Assembly (NCBI GenBank): GCA_047495785.1 | Contig: JBLDXI010000025.1 | Location: forward strand, 1,054,001 to 1,118,000 | Length of the DNA stretch: 64,000 bases | Direction: 5' to 3' | Source: Lepidodermella squamata | Taxonomy: Eukaryota; Animalia; Gastrotricha | In this document: positions 34,610-48,757 of the stretch, piece after piece | Numbering within the stretch: the first letter of the stretch is position 1 | How the letters are laid out: every line of letters starts with the position of its first letter | Program-made: the position numbers and the translations under genes | The notes under the pieces: model-generated | What the model saw: only the letters and a program-made list of their open reading frames with translations | Told to the model about the DNA's origin: nothing | Database searches by the model: none

Positions 34610-35336
34610 TTTCGCAAATGAAAAGTCTATAAACCCGCCAAGCTACAAGCCTTGAGCAAGTGGATTCCGCATAAGAAAAATATCCCCTTGCCGAACAAAA
34701 GAAATTTAATTTACTTCAAGTGCCTTAAAAAATCGACGTGGATGTGGTTACAATGATGTTTAGAAAAGCTACGCGCAATCGGAAAAAAGTGGCGGCATTG
34801 TAATGGTGAGATGTTTTATGAACTGGCCATTCTTCTCTCGAATAAAGGGGTCATTTACATCACTCAGTAAAAGATCAGTGAAAACTAAAAATAATAAATC
34901 ATCACAGCTTCTTCCCTCGGAAAATGGATGTTATATTTTTGAAACTAATCGATTTTCTTTTCCGTCAAAGAATGTGTGCTGAAATGACCACAGAATTGTC
35001 GGAAAGTGCGACTGTTTTCCATAAAGTTCCGAATTTTCACGAACTGGAAATCCACTTCAATTAAAAAACTTGAATGGAAGCTTGATATTCATCGCTGTCT
35101 CAACCGATATGAGCAGGATTTCCCTAATGATTTTATTTATTTCCAAAAAAAAGTTACGTCGATCATAACATCATTATCTCGGCGGCTAAAAAAGGCCATT
35201 CACTGCTTTCCGATAATGCCTTGACAACATGTGCCGAAATAATCAGAAATTAGGAACGTGAGTAGCACTAGTTCAGCTTAAACCAGGCGAATTAAGAAGT
35301 CAATCGTTTTTTTCCTTCATGGCTTTCATGGCCAGC

Positions 35337-37938
35337 TCACCAAACGTCGCAGCGAGCACGATTAGCTGGGTTCAGCTTCGAACCAACGGGGCATTTGTAA
35401 GCATTGGCGAAAGTCTCAGAGTTGATCATCATGTTGTTAATCCTATCAAAAACCATTGTGAAATTAAATAGTTTTCTCGGTAACAAAAAGCAAACCTTTC
35501 CGGGGGGAATGCATGCTCGTCCATTAACAGCCTAGTCTTCTGCGATTCGGTATACGCTAAGCAAGACAGCTGTTGGGCGAAGCCGAGAAAGAAAAGTTGT
35601 TCGTTGGTGAGAGGAACGCCTGGTTCATCGATTTGCGAAAGGTAGTCCTGACCCAGAGCTTTCTTGTATGCCTAATAACAAATATTCTTAAAATTCTGTT
35701 AGAAAAATTGCCAAAATCACAAACAATGTAAGCCATTTTCAGGCCGCTGTTGTCAGCAATATTTTCTCCCAGTGTAAGGTTGCCGTAATTATAAAAATCA
35801 GGTCGCAAAGCTTGGAACTGGTTGACAAGGCAGGAATAGCGATTCTCAAAAATTTGTTGCGATGCCTTAGTCAACACAGGTTTAGCCTCACCGTAGGCGT
35901 TGAACTTGACACCGTTATTATCATAGCCATGGAACATTTCTGAGAGAGTCATCTTTTAAATTTGAAAAGGGAGAATAATGTAACTAACCGTGGCCGATAA
36001 TAATTGAAGCCGAACCCCAGTTATGGGCAGCGGGCATGTCGGCTCGAAAGGAGGGTGCTATCAGGATACCAGCTAGAATAACGAATGCATTGCTATTCGC
36101 GCTGTAGAAAGCATTTTGGACCATAACTTCGGCAGAAAGCCAGCTTAAAAAATAATAAGCAATATTAGATCAGATGAGAGTATCAGAAAGGAATTACAGT
36201 GGAACCATTCTGTCAACTTTGTTGTCGAGTAAGCGGAATGCGAATCGCATGAAGAATTCGTTGACAGACTTCAAGTCCTCGATATGGTTTCGCCCAGATA
36301 GATCGAGAGCCTCGAATTTGCTGTCGTAGGCGTCTGTCATCAGATTGTCGGGGTATCCGAACGATGACTTCATGTTCTCAAGTTTTTCTAGCACATTGGC
36401 TTTCGAATCAGCATCCAGCCAGGTATTCGTGGTAAATGCATCCTTAGCAACATCTTTTATATATGAAGTCATATTCCTGAGGTATTCCACGTTCTCTTTG
36501 GGGAAGAATCGCTTGATGAAATATCTAGCAACGAGATGGTCGCCAAACACGAGTCTCGCTCGCTCCCCGCATCCAGTTTCAGGATCGTCAAAGCTATCTC
36601 GATTGCTTTCCTGGCAACTGGACACGTCAGCTCCCTTGGGGAACCAATATTTCGTAGCTTTTTCCCGAACGGCTCGAATCGGTTCGGAGTAAGTGCAAGC
36701 GACCAAGTCAGACCTCTTCACGATAGCAGACCACACGAAGTAGTTTTGTAACAGACGTTTAGCTCGAGTTTCACCGTGCTTCTCCATTGTATTAGATATT
36801 AAAGTCGACACGCTTTGAAAGTAAGAGCCCTGCCGATAAGATAGGCGGAGCTGGTTAGCGTTTTGCAAGGATTTGACTTTCAATCGTTCTCCTAATGCGC
36901 CGAAGTACTTAGTCCAATTCAGAGCCGGGGCAAGTTTCTGCAAATCAGCCAACGGGATATTGAACTTGTCTTCGTCGGTATCAACAATGATCGGTATGTC
37001 GACGTCGCCTTTTATTACCACGGGCGCATCCGGAACCAGCTAAGTTTTCCAGAATAAAAAGGACTTCAAATCAAATTTCAAATGTTACCTTGACCAGATC
37101 CAACTCAAAGTCGATAACATCACGGATAAATTGATCATTAATTCGTAATCTCATCTTCTTAGGCGTCAGATCTCTTGTCAGATTACCCAGAACGTCCAGA
37201 TACATGACTTTCGTCTCGTCAAACCTGGTTGTATCGTCGCCTGATTCGCCAAACATGTTTTTAAAAGTAGAATTATCTCCATAAACTGGAGTTGTTTTTC
37301 TGGTGAGAGTCATTTGAAATTCAGAAGAGTTGCGCGCGTTGATATCCAATTCTAGCGTAAAGAACGGGGTAACAGCACCACTGCGGCCTTCAGGAATGGT
37401 TGCCTTAGCAAGTGCTTCTTCCAACGTCCATTTCCTGCCGACCTCAGACTCCAAAAGAAACAAACCCCCAAGATCTTCAACCATGTCATTGAGGAAGACA
37501 ACAGTCGATTCATCTTTCTCAAATATAGATTTGTCACTTTGGCAAGTCTGAAAAATCGAGACGTTTTTAAATCCTTGTGGATCGTGATTTACATGGAATG
37601 CTTACCTTCAGGAATTGCTTTAATTTCTGCTCAGCTGGTGATAGGCTCTCAGCGTTCTCAAAGTCGTCCTGAGACTTCGCAACCATTTCAGCGAGCATTT
37701 TCGATAGTGGCTGCACCGGGCGCTCCGTCGGCAATGCATTCTTTCTGAAGTTACCACAGGCGAATTCGGAAAAATCTTCACAAGGATCGACAGTCAGATC
37801 CACCAGTTCGATGACGTGATTCGCTGCCTGGACGCACCCGGGGCTGTTACATTTCCCATAGCCTGTTTCAGCAGGATTTATCGGCTTGCCTGAGGCGGCA
37901 GCTGCAAGGAACGTTAGAACTCCGATTAAAGTAATCAT
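35337..37938 (-). CDS. Secreted M13 peptidase, copy 5
   Basis: GKPINP, DPCEDFSEFACG, VQNAFY, IIGH|EMFHGYD, LGENIADNSG, CPVGSKLNP..RCDVW*. Confidence 0.88.
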
Positions 37939-38681
37939 CGTTCAGAAATAGTTTTTTTTTATGATTGGTGTTTCTTAAATACCAGCCATAACGAGCTACC
38001 CTGGAGCAAGTTTTTCAAGCACCGAACACCTCTCAACGATCACAAAGAAACGCAATTAAATTGTGGAGTGGTCGCGAAAGGTGGAGCTGGCAATGTTGGA
38101 AGAATGTCGGCCAATTCAACCATGCATTGTGCCCACTGTTCATTGAGCACGACAGTTGGACGTCAAATTGCTCTTGAAAGCAAAATAATTGTTAGCAAAC
38201 ATCTTGTTGATTGCCAGGCTACAAATAGTTTGCATTTTTAAGCTCACGAGGTTCAGTGGGTACTCTGTACCCGCAAGGATACGACGGTAAAAGGAAAACA
38301 CGCGAAAATGGCAAAGAAAGCTGAAGGGATTAAGGGAAAGCGAGATCTGGAAGGGCGCAAAAGAATGTGCAACCGAAAGCGGCACAACGATTCATTTTGT
38401 AATCGATTCTCCACCCCGCAGTAATAGCTGGGTGATAACTGCTTCCTTTTCTTTCTTTGTAAATGATTCGTTCACATGTATTTTTTTTCTGAAACTACTC
38501 TTTATTTCTAATTCTAAATACATCTTTATTTCTTATCGGGTTGGATCAGGGAGAAGGATTGGGAAATTGAAGAGTTTCAGACGCCAGTTTAATCAATTAT
38601 GCTCATCAAGTTATTTCTCCTAAATGTCCTTATATAGATATGCCTTCCTTCCAGTTGCAGTGGAATGTCTTCAGTGATGTA

Positions 38682-41215
38682 CTACCAGATTTCGCAACGC
38701 TTCGAATCTTTCGGGTTCATGTTTGAACCAGCCGGGCAGCTGAAGGCAGCGGCGAAGGGTGCGAAATTCTTCAACTGCTCGTTGATGCTAGAAAATAGTC
38801 AAAATGATAGCCGGGAGCATTTTTTCATGAAGATTTCCTACCGCTCATGCTGTGACGGATACTTGCTCTCAAGTTGAGCTGTTGCCGTGTCTCCAATAGT
38901 TGCTTCGCATTGACTGTTTGCTAATCCAACAAAGAATAATTGCTCGTTGTTAAAAGAAACTCCCGGCATTTCGACGCTCTTCAAGGCAGCACCAATAGCC
39001 TTCTTCAGCGCCTGGAAATAAGTAAGTTCGAAATGTTGATATATCCTAGCATAACCATAGTTCTTACTGAATATGAGTACTTGAGGCCAACATTGTCACC
39101 GATAACATATTCGAGGGCGTCTTGGCCAAACGTTGTCTGATTAGGTCGCAAGGCTTGGAATTGATCGATCAAACATGCGTTCCTCTCGTCGAATTTCGCA
39201 CGGGTCGCGTTAGATAAAATTGGCTCAGCTTCGCTCAAATAGTTGTACTCGATGCCGACCAGATCGAAGCCGAATCCCATAACTGAATAATGAAATAATA
39301 GCTTGCGAGGTTGAAGTGAAATGTCAACTCACGTCTTGCTATATTGGTCGCAACGTAGCCCCAATTCCAGGCTGAAGGTTGGTCAAAGCGGAAGGCTGGG
39401 GCGATGAGACTGCCAGCTGCGTAGGCAACCCCATTGCTGCTATAGCTGTACTGTGTAGTCTGGCTGATTATGCTCAAGTCTTCCCACCTTGAATAGAAAA
39501 ATTGCCTCTGAGTGGAGAATAGGCAAGGAAACTCACAAATATAGCGAACGGTCGACGGGTTTATCCAACCGCGCTAGCTCGCGACCGGCCTTGAAATTCG
39601 AAATCGGCCTTAGGTAATTCAGATAATTTTTATCAGCATCTTTATCAGGATCAAACAAATTGCTGTCTGGAATGTTGAGTGAATCGAACTGCTTATCGTA
39701 GCTGGCCGAGTCCATGAGATTCTCAGGATAGCCGAATTGAAAGATCATGTTTTCCAGCTTCTTCTTCGCCGCAGCCTTTGATTCAGCATCCAACCAATCA
39801 CTCGTCTCAATCTGCTGCTTGAATTCTCCAACAACAAATTGCGTCATGTTTTTTAAATAGTCGACGTTCTCTCGGGGGAATGCACTTCTGACGAATTTAC
39901 GAGCGATGAGGTGGTCGCCGAATAGATTCAGTATCAAATCGGTACAATCTTGTTGGTTTGCCTTCAAAGCCGCGCATCCATCTGCGCTATCCGAATATTC
40001 CTCCTTCTTTGCCATTTTCTTGAGGTTCAACAACGGGAGAGAAACTGAGCAAGCAATATCGTTCAAGTACTGGTCGACAAATTGCAGGACGATGTAATTC
40101 TGCATTACTCGGCGGAAGCGTTCCATACCATATTTCTTCATGCTTGATTTGATGAGACGCGAAAAACCCGTGAAATACGACTGTGCACGATAAGAAATCA
40201 GTAGTTTTTCCGTGTGGTTCAAAGCAGTTGAGTTGAATTTGTTAGCCATAGCTTTGAAAATCGCCGTCCAATTCAACTCAGGCGCGATTTTGGACAACGA
40301 GCTGACAGAAACACTGAATTTATCTTCGTCGTTGTCAACAAAATTGTCGTAGTCAACTGTCGTTACCAATTTAGCTAGTTCGAGCTCAAACTCGATCAAA
40401 TCTTTGACGTAGACATTGCTAACAGCGTAACGCTCCCGCTTCAGAGCTAAATTACGAGCGAAATTGAGGAGGGCAGATTGGTACTTGAGTTGGAAGTCAT
40501 CTAGAGTCGTGTTATCGTCGTTTTCTGTCATCGAATCAATGGTAGCTGAGTCTCTGAAGTAGGGAGTCAAAACTGGGTAGATGACCAGTTGTGAGTTGGT
40601 GCCGTTCTTCGTATCGCGGCTAACGTCGAAAGTGAAAAATGCTGTCCAGCCTTCCATAACGCCATCGACAATCGCTTGCTCGAGCGACCAGGTTTTCTTA
40701 TCTACATCCCGATCAGCCAAGAAGAAGTTTCCAACAGAAGCTATTTCGTCCCGGAGGAAAGTGATGGTTTGTTCATCGTAGTCGAATCTGTCCTTGCTCT
40801 CTTCACAGGCCTGAAGGTTAAAATTGAGCTTTGGCGATATACCAAAGAAAAATTCTTAACTTACACTTCCAATTTGTAGAAACTTGATTTCGGCTCTTGT
40901 GATGCCGAGTAAGGCGAAAATATCATCCGTGTTTCTGAAATCGCGCCACGCCTTGGCTTTCATGTCTTCGAAAACGCGGTCCATCGGGGTGAGTCTTTCA
41001 ACATCAGGGTCAACATTGGCGTCTGCGATGAATTTACCGCAGGCAAATTTGTAGAAATCGTCGCACGGATCGGCGCTGAGGTCAACATTGGCAAGGACGA
41101 ACGATGCAGCTTCGATGCAGCCAGCTGATGTGCAGTTACCGACCGGCAAACTTCGATCGATCGGGTTCGCAGAAGCCGAGACGGCTAGCAAGAACGTTAG
41201 GCAAATCTTCATCAT
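38682..41215 (-). CDS. M13-family copy 6, predicted catalytically inactive
   Basis: Intact M13 scaffold (ANPIDR, DPCDDFYKFACG, CPAGSNMNP..RCEIW), but the HExxH position reads NIAR|LMGFGFD and ExxxD reads EYVIGDNVG. Confidence 0.82.
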
Positions 41216-42083
41216 TTTACTCAAGGTAAAAATAATAAATGACGGATTCGATTGGTTGAACGTGACATATATATCATGCATAACAATGTAGGTGAACTTT
41301 TTCATGTTACAGAATTAATTGAAATTTTGAGGAGGTATTGTTTGCAGATGCAAGTGTTGCGGGTACTTGACAAAAACTTGAGAGGGAATTCGTGAACAAA
41401 AATCCAGGGCCATGAACCGTTCAGTGGGCGAGTGAGAAAATGTTTATTTAAATAATCATCAAATAATGGGTCAACAATTTACTAAGATGTTTATTGAAAA
41501 TTGCAATTTAAATTATGGCAGGACGAAATATTTGATAGCAGGCGACATGTTCCCAATGCGAAGTTTCAAGAAACCTGCAGGTCTTGGACTGTGGTTGAGT
41601 TTCCACAGAGGAATACTGCTAATATGAGAAAACACTACGCTTTATTGTTGATTGTAATCACTTATTGGAACTTGGTTTTTTCCTACCCATAAGCTTTCGA
41701 TTGGATTTCGTTGTTCATTGGGCTCTGCACGAATTCTGACAAGATCTTTGAGAATGTTGAACAAAATGAAATCAGCTATTTTATTGATACTAATTGCAGA
41801 CATTAAAAAGGTTATTTATCGTTCGGTTATGAGGAATTCAACGAGGAATCAAAGTTACTTAATAGGTGCGAATCGCTTCATCGAATTTGCAATTAAGCAT
41901 TTCCTGTTAGAACTTATTATCGTAACTCTTAAATTCAATCATTATCCTAACTGGCACCGGCGTCTGTAACATCCATAGTAAATCATATCATAGTAAATAA
42001 AATCATAATTTAATGAATTAGCTTTGAAAATGTAATAATAGTCAGCGAAATGTTTTGAATCTTGTATGCACGCAGTCCTTTGG

Positions 42084-44685
42084 TCACCAGACATCGCAAC
42101 GATTTCGATTGGCCGGATTCAGTTTAGATCCAACTGGGCAATTGTAAGCGCCAGTGAAAGCCTCCGAATTCAGCATCATATTATTAATCCTGTGGATGCG
42201 AAAGCATATGAAAAAGAACCTGAGAAAGCCATTTAGACTCGTAACCTTTCAGGCGGAAAAGCGTGCACATCGGCCAAGGAGGCAGCCTTCTGTTCTGGGG
42301 TGTAAGCCAAGCAAAACTGCTGAGCGAAGCCAAGGAAGAACAGCTGGTCATTGGTCAAAGGAACGCCTGGCTCGTCGATTTGTGACAAGTAGCCTTGTCC
42401 GAGAGCATTGTTGTAAGCCTGTTGAAAATAGTTGAGAAAATGCCTTTACAATAATTCAACAATCGCACTAACTTTGTGAGACATTTTCATCCCGCTGTTA
42501 TCGGCAATGTTTTCCCCCAGCGTTAAGCTGCCGTAGTTTTCAATTTCTGGATGCAAAGCCTGGAACTGGTCAACTAAGCATGAATATCGATTCTCGAACA
42601 CTTGACAGGATGCATTGGTCAACACGGGTATAGCCTCGCCAAATGCGTTGAAATTAACCCCGTTGTTATCGAAGCCATGGAACATTTCTTAAAAAGAAGA
42701 AAAATCACAATACAGGGCTGGCTGCAGGATTCACTAACCGTGGCCGATAACAATAGCTGCAGAGCCCCAGTTATGAGCAGCAGGCATGTCGACTCGGAAA
42801 GCTGGGGATATCATGATAGCCGCTAAGATTCCAAAAGAGTTGCTTGTCGCGAGGTAGTAAGCATTCCAATTCATAACAGCACCCCCACGCCAGCTGAAAT
42901 ACTATCAAATTAAAATAGCTTTTTTTTTACTTTCATAGGCTTCACAATAAGGCTAATCGATCGACGTTTTGATCGAGTATACGGAGGGAGGCTCGCAAGA
43001 AGAACTCGCTTAGAGACTTCAAATCTTCCAAACGACTGCGACCAGACAATTCAAGTGCTTCAAACTTCCTGTCGTAGGCGTCCGTCAACAGGTTGTCAGG
43101 GTAGCCGAATGACGAAAGCATGTTATCAAGCTTTTCCTTGATTTTAGCCTTAGACTCGGCGTCCAGCCAGGTATTTGCAGCCATAGCGTCCTTAGCAACT
43201 TGTTGAATGAAAGAGGTCATGTTCCTCAGATATTCGACGTTTTCCTTCGGGAAATATCGCTTGATAAAATATCTAGCGACTAAATGATCTCCGAAAACAT
43301 CGGTCGCTATCTTGGAGCAGCCTTTTCCGGGATCATCCAATTCATCCACGGCTTTCTTCTGGCAAGAAGCGACATCAGCGGCTCTGGCGAGGCCTCTATT
43401 CGTGGCCTTCTCGCTAATCGCTCTAATGGGCTCGGAATACGTACAAGCCAGTATGTCGTAGTTTTGAACGATAACAAACCACACGATGTAGTTCTGCAAC
43501 AAACGTTTAGCTCGAGCTTCGCCGAGCTTTTGCGTAGTATCTTCGATTAATTTCGAAAGGTTCCGAAGGTAAGAGCCCTGTCGGTACGAAAGGCGGAGCT
43601 TGTCGGCGTTTCGGAATGATTTGACCTTCAATCGGTCTCCCAAAGAACTGAAATACTTAGTCCAGTTCAAAGCAGGTGTGAGTTTTTGCACATCGGCCAA
43701 AGGTACGTTGAACCTATCTTCATCAGTGTCGACAACAATGGGAGTATTAGCATCCCCTCCTGTTGTTGTAACCGGCAGTTTTACAATCTTAAAAATAAAT
43801 TTTAGTAGAAATATGTAGGAATGATGAGTTGCAAGCTACCTTAACGAGATCTTGCTCGAAGTTGATGATATCACGAATATACTGGTCGTTGATGCGTAGC
43901 CTCAACTTTTTGGCTGTCAAGTCGTTGGTCAGGTTGCTCAGAACGTCTAGATACATGACCTCTGTGTCGTCGAAATCAGTCGTATCACTCCCAGATTCGC
44001 CGAACAACGCGCTGAAGGTCGAGTTGTCACTATAGACCGGGGTTGTCATTACCGTCAGGGTGATTTGAAACTCAGACGCGTTTCGCGTGTTAATATCCGG
44101 GATCAGACTAAAGAAAGGGCTCGCTGAATTTGTTAGGCCAAAAGCTATTGTGGCTTTTGCTAGAGCTTCCTCCAAGCTCCACTTACTGCCAACTTCAGCA
44201 TCCATCAGGAAGAATCCACCGAGTTGATCAACCAGCTCGCGTAAGAATACGACAGATGCCTCATCTTTGGAAGCTAGGTCTCCATCTGCTAGGCAAGTCT
44301 AAACAAATTTGGGATATAACTTATTTCAAAGGATGTAATCCTCAGTGCTTACCGTCAAGAACTGTTTCAATTTTTGTTCAGCGGGTGATAGCGAATTCGA
44401 GTTGGAGAAGTCGTCCTGGGCATTCGCGATCATGTCGTTCAAAATATTCATATGTGGCATCCGCTGTCCTTCCTTCACGACCACGTTTCTCCGGAAGTTT
44501 CCACAGGCGAATTCAGAGAAGTCTTCGCAAGGATCGACTCTGAGATCCATCAACTCAAGGACGCGATTCGCAGCTTGAACACACCCAGGGGTATTGCAGT
44601 TCCCATAACCAGTTGCAGCAGGATTTATCGGCTTGCAAACCACAGCCCCTGTGAATATCACCAGAACTCCTACTATAGCAATCAT
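42084..44685 (-). CDS. Secreted M13 peptidase, copy 7 (close to copy 5)
   Basis: CKPINP, DPCEDFSEFACG, WNAYY, IGH|EMFHGFD, LGENIADNSG, RCDVW*. Confidence 0.88.
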
Positions 44686-44947
44686 TTTCCCAAAAACATA
44701 TGAATACTCAAACCCAATGTGCATTACATATGCTGAGGGGAACAAAAGGGTGCCCTGGATCTTTCCAGGCGGTGGAGCACTTGAACCAGTTTCAGCTGGT
44801 AACAATGAAATGCAATTAAATTTTTGAAGTAGGTTAACAGATGAGAGCGCAACAACCCTTCGCAACGAAGACTCTTCAAATCTTGGGATAAAGGAAGAAA
44901 CAATGAGAAAACAATGATTTGTAGTCCAAATCCCGAAAATAGGTTAA

Positions 44948-45367
44948 CCCTTTAGCTACCGGACGATCTCGTGTTAACACGGAATGACTAAACACGGGGT
45001 TTGTTGTGGCCTTATTTCGCATCCAATCAAAGTCCTTCGATAAGAAACGTTGATTCTAGTCATATAAACACTGAATCAGTTGAAACAATAGGATTTAGTG
45101 GAATTATCTGCTCGCAGTATGGCTAAAACATCAAATTTTGCAAAACCTCGCCAAAAATGTCATATTTTTGACATTTTTCAGCTACCTAGAGAGTTTTGTA
45201 CATTAAATTGCTTGGGAACCGTTGTCAAACATCGCTGGTATCAAGTGAGCCCGTTTTCAGATCAAATTCATATTCGAAAAATTATTGCCATGGTACATAT
45301 AACAATGCTCAGTTATACGTGTTTATACATCGGTGTTAACGCACCACACGTGATGGTAGCTGAAGGG
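44948..45367. mobile_element. Non-autonomous piggyBac MITE (420 bp)
   Basis: TTAA-CCCTTTAGCTACC ... GGTAGCTGAAGGG-TTAA: 13-bp TIRs with one mismatch and a perfect TTAA TSD (44944-44947, 45368-45371). Confidence 0.92.
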
Positions 45368-46272
45368 TTAACCAGCATTCTCACCAGCATTCTAGCCCAA
45401 TGTAGTCAAGCTATATTTTGCTGGGTGGGTCGCGGCGGTGGGGTTGGTGGGTGTGAATACTAATGGGAGGTATCGTAGCCCGCAGTTCGCAAGGGAAAAG
45501 TGGAAAAACACAGAAGGGATCCGCTGGACATGAAACCGAAAATGTTTCCGATATAGTTCGAGGATTCTAATTCGCGCACTGTCCCATTCCTTAACACAGC
45601 GCTGCCATCATTTTGCTCAGATGTTGACGGAAAGGTAAACTTTTACCTACAAGAACTGATGAAAATCCTACAGAGTACGGAGCGAAATGATGCGTAACAA
45701 GCGTCGTGTTCCCAATGTCCATGAAATTGGCGAGCCTTGATAGGCGATTGTTTCTTTAAGGAGTGAATAATCTGAAATATAACAAAGCGGAAAGCTGGAT
45801 TGTTGCCTGTCTATTCTTATTCTGTGCCAACTTTATTAAACATTCAAATTTGTAATGTACATTTTTCAAGCAGGCCTGAGATGAACCCGCGAGGGTTATT
45901 CCGAAGTCAGTTTGACTAAATATGTCAAACCTGTGGAGTGTGGTCGGTTATTTAATGCAACTTGTGTAGCGCGAATAAATGCCCGCTGCGCAAACTTCAC
46001 GATTACGATATGTTAAACTCAGTAAAAATGGCTGGGAAATATGAATAACGCTATCAGATGCTTGAAAAGACGGGAACATTTCGAAAAAGATGGATTGCAC
46101 AAAGATAGCGCGATTTCCGAAAATCAGAGAAGAGTGATCGGTGATCGCATCGAAGGAAGAATTTCAGAAGAAGAAGGCATTGATGCTTCAATTATAAATA
46201 TGGATTTTTTCTCATGAATCTTTAATGCAAGTTGAATGTTGTGGATCAGCTAGAAGCCACTGATTTGCGCGT

Positions 46273-48757
46273 TCATTTGCCCCAAACATTGCATTTGTCT
46301 TTCGGATTCATCTTTGAACCCACAGGGCAGTTGAAAGCAGATGCGAACTGAGGTAGATTTTTCATCCACTCATTAACTCTATAATCAAAAGATGCAGTAA
46401 ATAGGTTCATGTATTTTCAGAGTGAATTCCTAAACTTGCCTCTCACCATTCGGGGCGTGTACATCTGATAGAAGCGACTCCTTGGTCGGATCTTGCTCGG
46501 CTCCACAGTAAACCTGAGTCGAACTCACCAAATACAACTGCTCATTGGTCAATGGAAGCCCGGGCGCCTCGACTTGGCTCAACTCATCTCCAAACACCTT
46601 CTTGAACGTCATATAGGCCAACTTCGATCCAGCATGATCAGCGATGTTCTCAGACAAAACGTGATCGCCGTAACCTTCGACATCCGGATGCAGCGCTTGG
46701 AACTGGTCAATTATGCAGTTACTACGATTTAGGAATATCGCGTACGTTTCATTTGTCAAAATGTTATTTGTCGCGCCATCTTCATCGTACTGCACTCCCC
46801 AGTTGTCGTATCCATGAAATATCTCATGACCTATAACTTGGGCAGCTCCCCAGTTGTACGCCTTGGGAAAATCGACGCGGAATAGCGGGGAAATGTAATA
46901 GCCGGCGTGGAATCCAACAACATTGCATGATCTCAAGCTCCAAGCTTGCTGATCCATGACATAGTATCCATCGTTTTGCCAGCTAAGAAAGAACGCAGTT
47001 ATATATTGTTTACAATTGAAATTATTGAAATTCTCCTACTAGCAATCCGAGATTCGATCCACATCGCTGTCCAGTTTATTCAGCTCGGAACTAAGGGCGA
47101 ACAGCTTCTGCGCCCGAAGGTTTCCCAGGTAATTTATCGTGAACGGCAATAGTTCGTATTTCTTGTCGAAACTGTCATCGAGCATTCCAGGTGGGTAGCC
47201 CACAGTAACTAGCAACTTCGCCACTTTGGCCATCATTGCCGCGCGAGATTCGTCGTCTATCCAGTTAGCTTCCGAAATCATATCGCCAAAACTTGCAATA
47301 GCGAGACTCGTCATGTTTTCCATCATTAATTTCGCTTCCTCAGGAAAATAGTTTCGGATGAAGTATTTTGCTACGACGAAATCCTTGAAAACTTCGAGAT
47401 ACTTCTGGCGGCAATTTTGTTCCCCATCTTTTTTCTTCAACTCCTCGCAAATCACGGCATTATCGGGGATGTTTTGCTCACCAGCCACAATTTTTCGAAT
47501 GTTGATGAAAGGCAGGGAAATTTCGCACGAAATTTCGTCCAAATATTGACCTATAGCATTAAGTGTGATGTAGTTTTGTAGCACGCGTTTTGCTCGGCTT
47601 TCGCCCAACTTTTCGTAGGTGCTGTTCAGTAGTTTTGAGAGCTTCTTGAAATAAGGGACGCCACGAATCGTCACGTTAAGGTCTTCATCGAGCAGCGCTT
47701 TCGTCTTAGTCTTCTGGCCTAAATTCATCATCAGTCGCTTCCAATTTATGTTGGGGGATAGCTGTTCAAGATACTCTAGGCTTCGATCGAACTTGTCATC
47801 ATCGGTCTCGAAATCGTCAGGTCTATCAGAATCTCCAGTCACCGGTGGGAGCGGGGCATACGTTATCTGTTAATCATAAATATTACGAACTGGGTAACGA
47901 ATTATACCAGGAAAATAACCTTTGCTAGTTCCAGTTCGAAATCCAGGAGGTCTCCAACGTAAACCTTGCTAATTGCTGGATTTTTTGAGCGTGATAAGTT
48001 CGAAGCAAGATTTGTGACTGCGCTAACATAGGCATTCTTCACCCTGTCCAAGGTTGCATTGTCCTCGTCACTCTGCAATAGCTTATCGATTTTCTCGAAG
48101 TCCGATAGCAATGGCGTGGGTGGCACGTATAGATTGACTTGCCGCCTCGACGAGTTGTTCGCATCAATATCGGCTTCGAGCGTAAAAAAAGCTGTACCTG
48201 GTTCCGTTGCTGCGTGGGAAATGGCGTATTCTAGCGACCATGAATCACCGACCGATCGTTCTTCGAAAAAGAAATCGCCAGAGAAGGAGGCAATATTACG
48301 CAGGAAAACTATTGTTCCGTCGTTATCTTCAAAACGAGTGTCTTTCGATTCGAAGCAAGCCTGGAAAAAGATTCAATGAAAACTAACTGAATATGGAAAA
48401 ACTAAATTTTACATCGTTAAAATTCTGCAGCTTCTTTTTACCAGCCGTATCAGATTTTGACACGGTTAGAAAATCGTCCCAGCTTTTGTCCACCATATCA
48501 TTGAAAATTTGCTGCGTCGGACTGCGATAGTTATCTTCGCCTAGGTAAACGCTGTTGATGAATTTGCTGCAAGTGAACTTGTAGAAATCATCGCACGGGT
48601 CGACATCCATGTTAATTTGGCTCAAGATGAAAGAAGCTGCGTCAACGCATCCAGCTGTCGTGCAGTTTCCTACCTTGCCTAGTCTATCAATCGGCTTGGC
48701 CACTGATTGAAAGGCCAGAAGCGCAGTGAGAAATCCCCGACAGATCAAGCTCGCCAT
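46273..48757 (-). CDS. Secreted M13 peptidase, copy 8 (same subgroup as copy 3)
   Basis: VAKPIDR, DPCDDFYKFTCS, DQQAWS, uninterrupted IGHEIFHGYD, SENIADHAG, KCNVWGK*. Confidence 0.88.
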
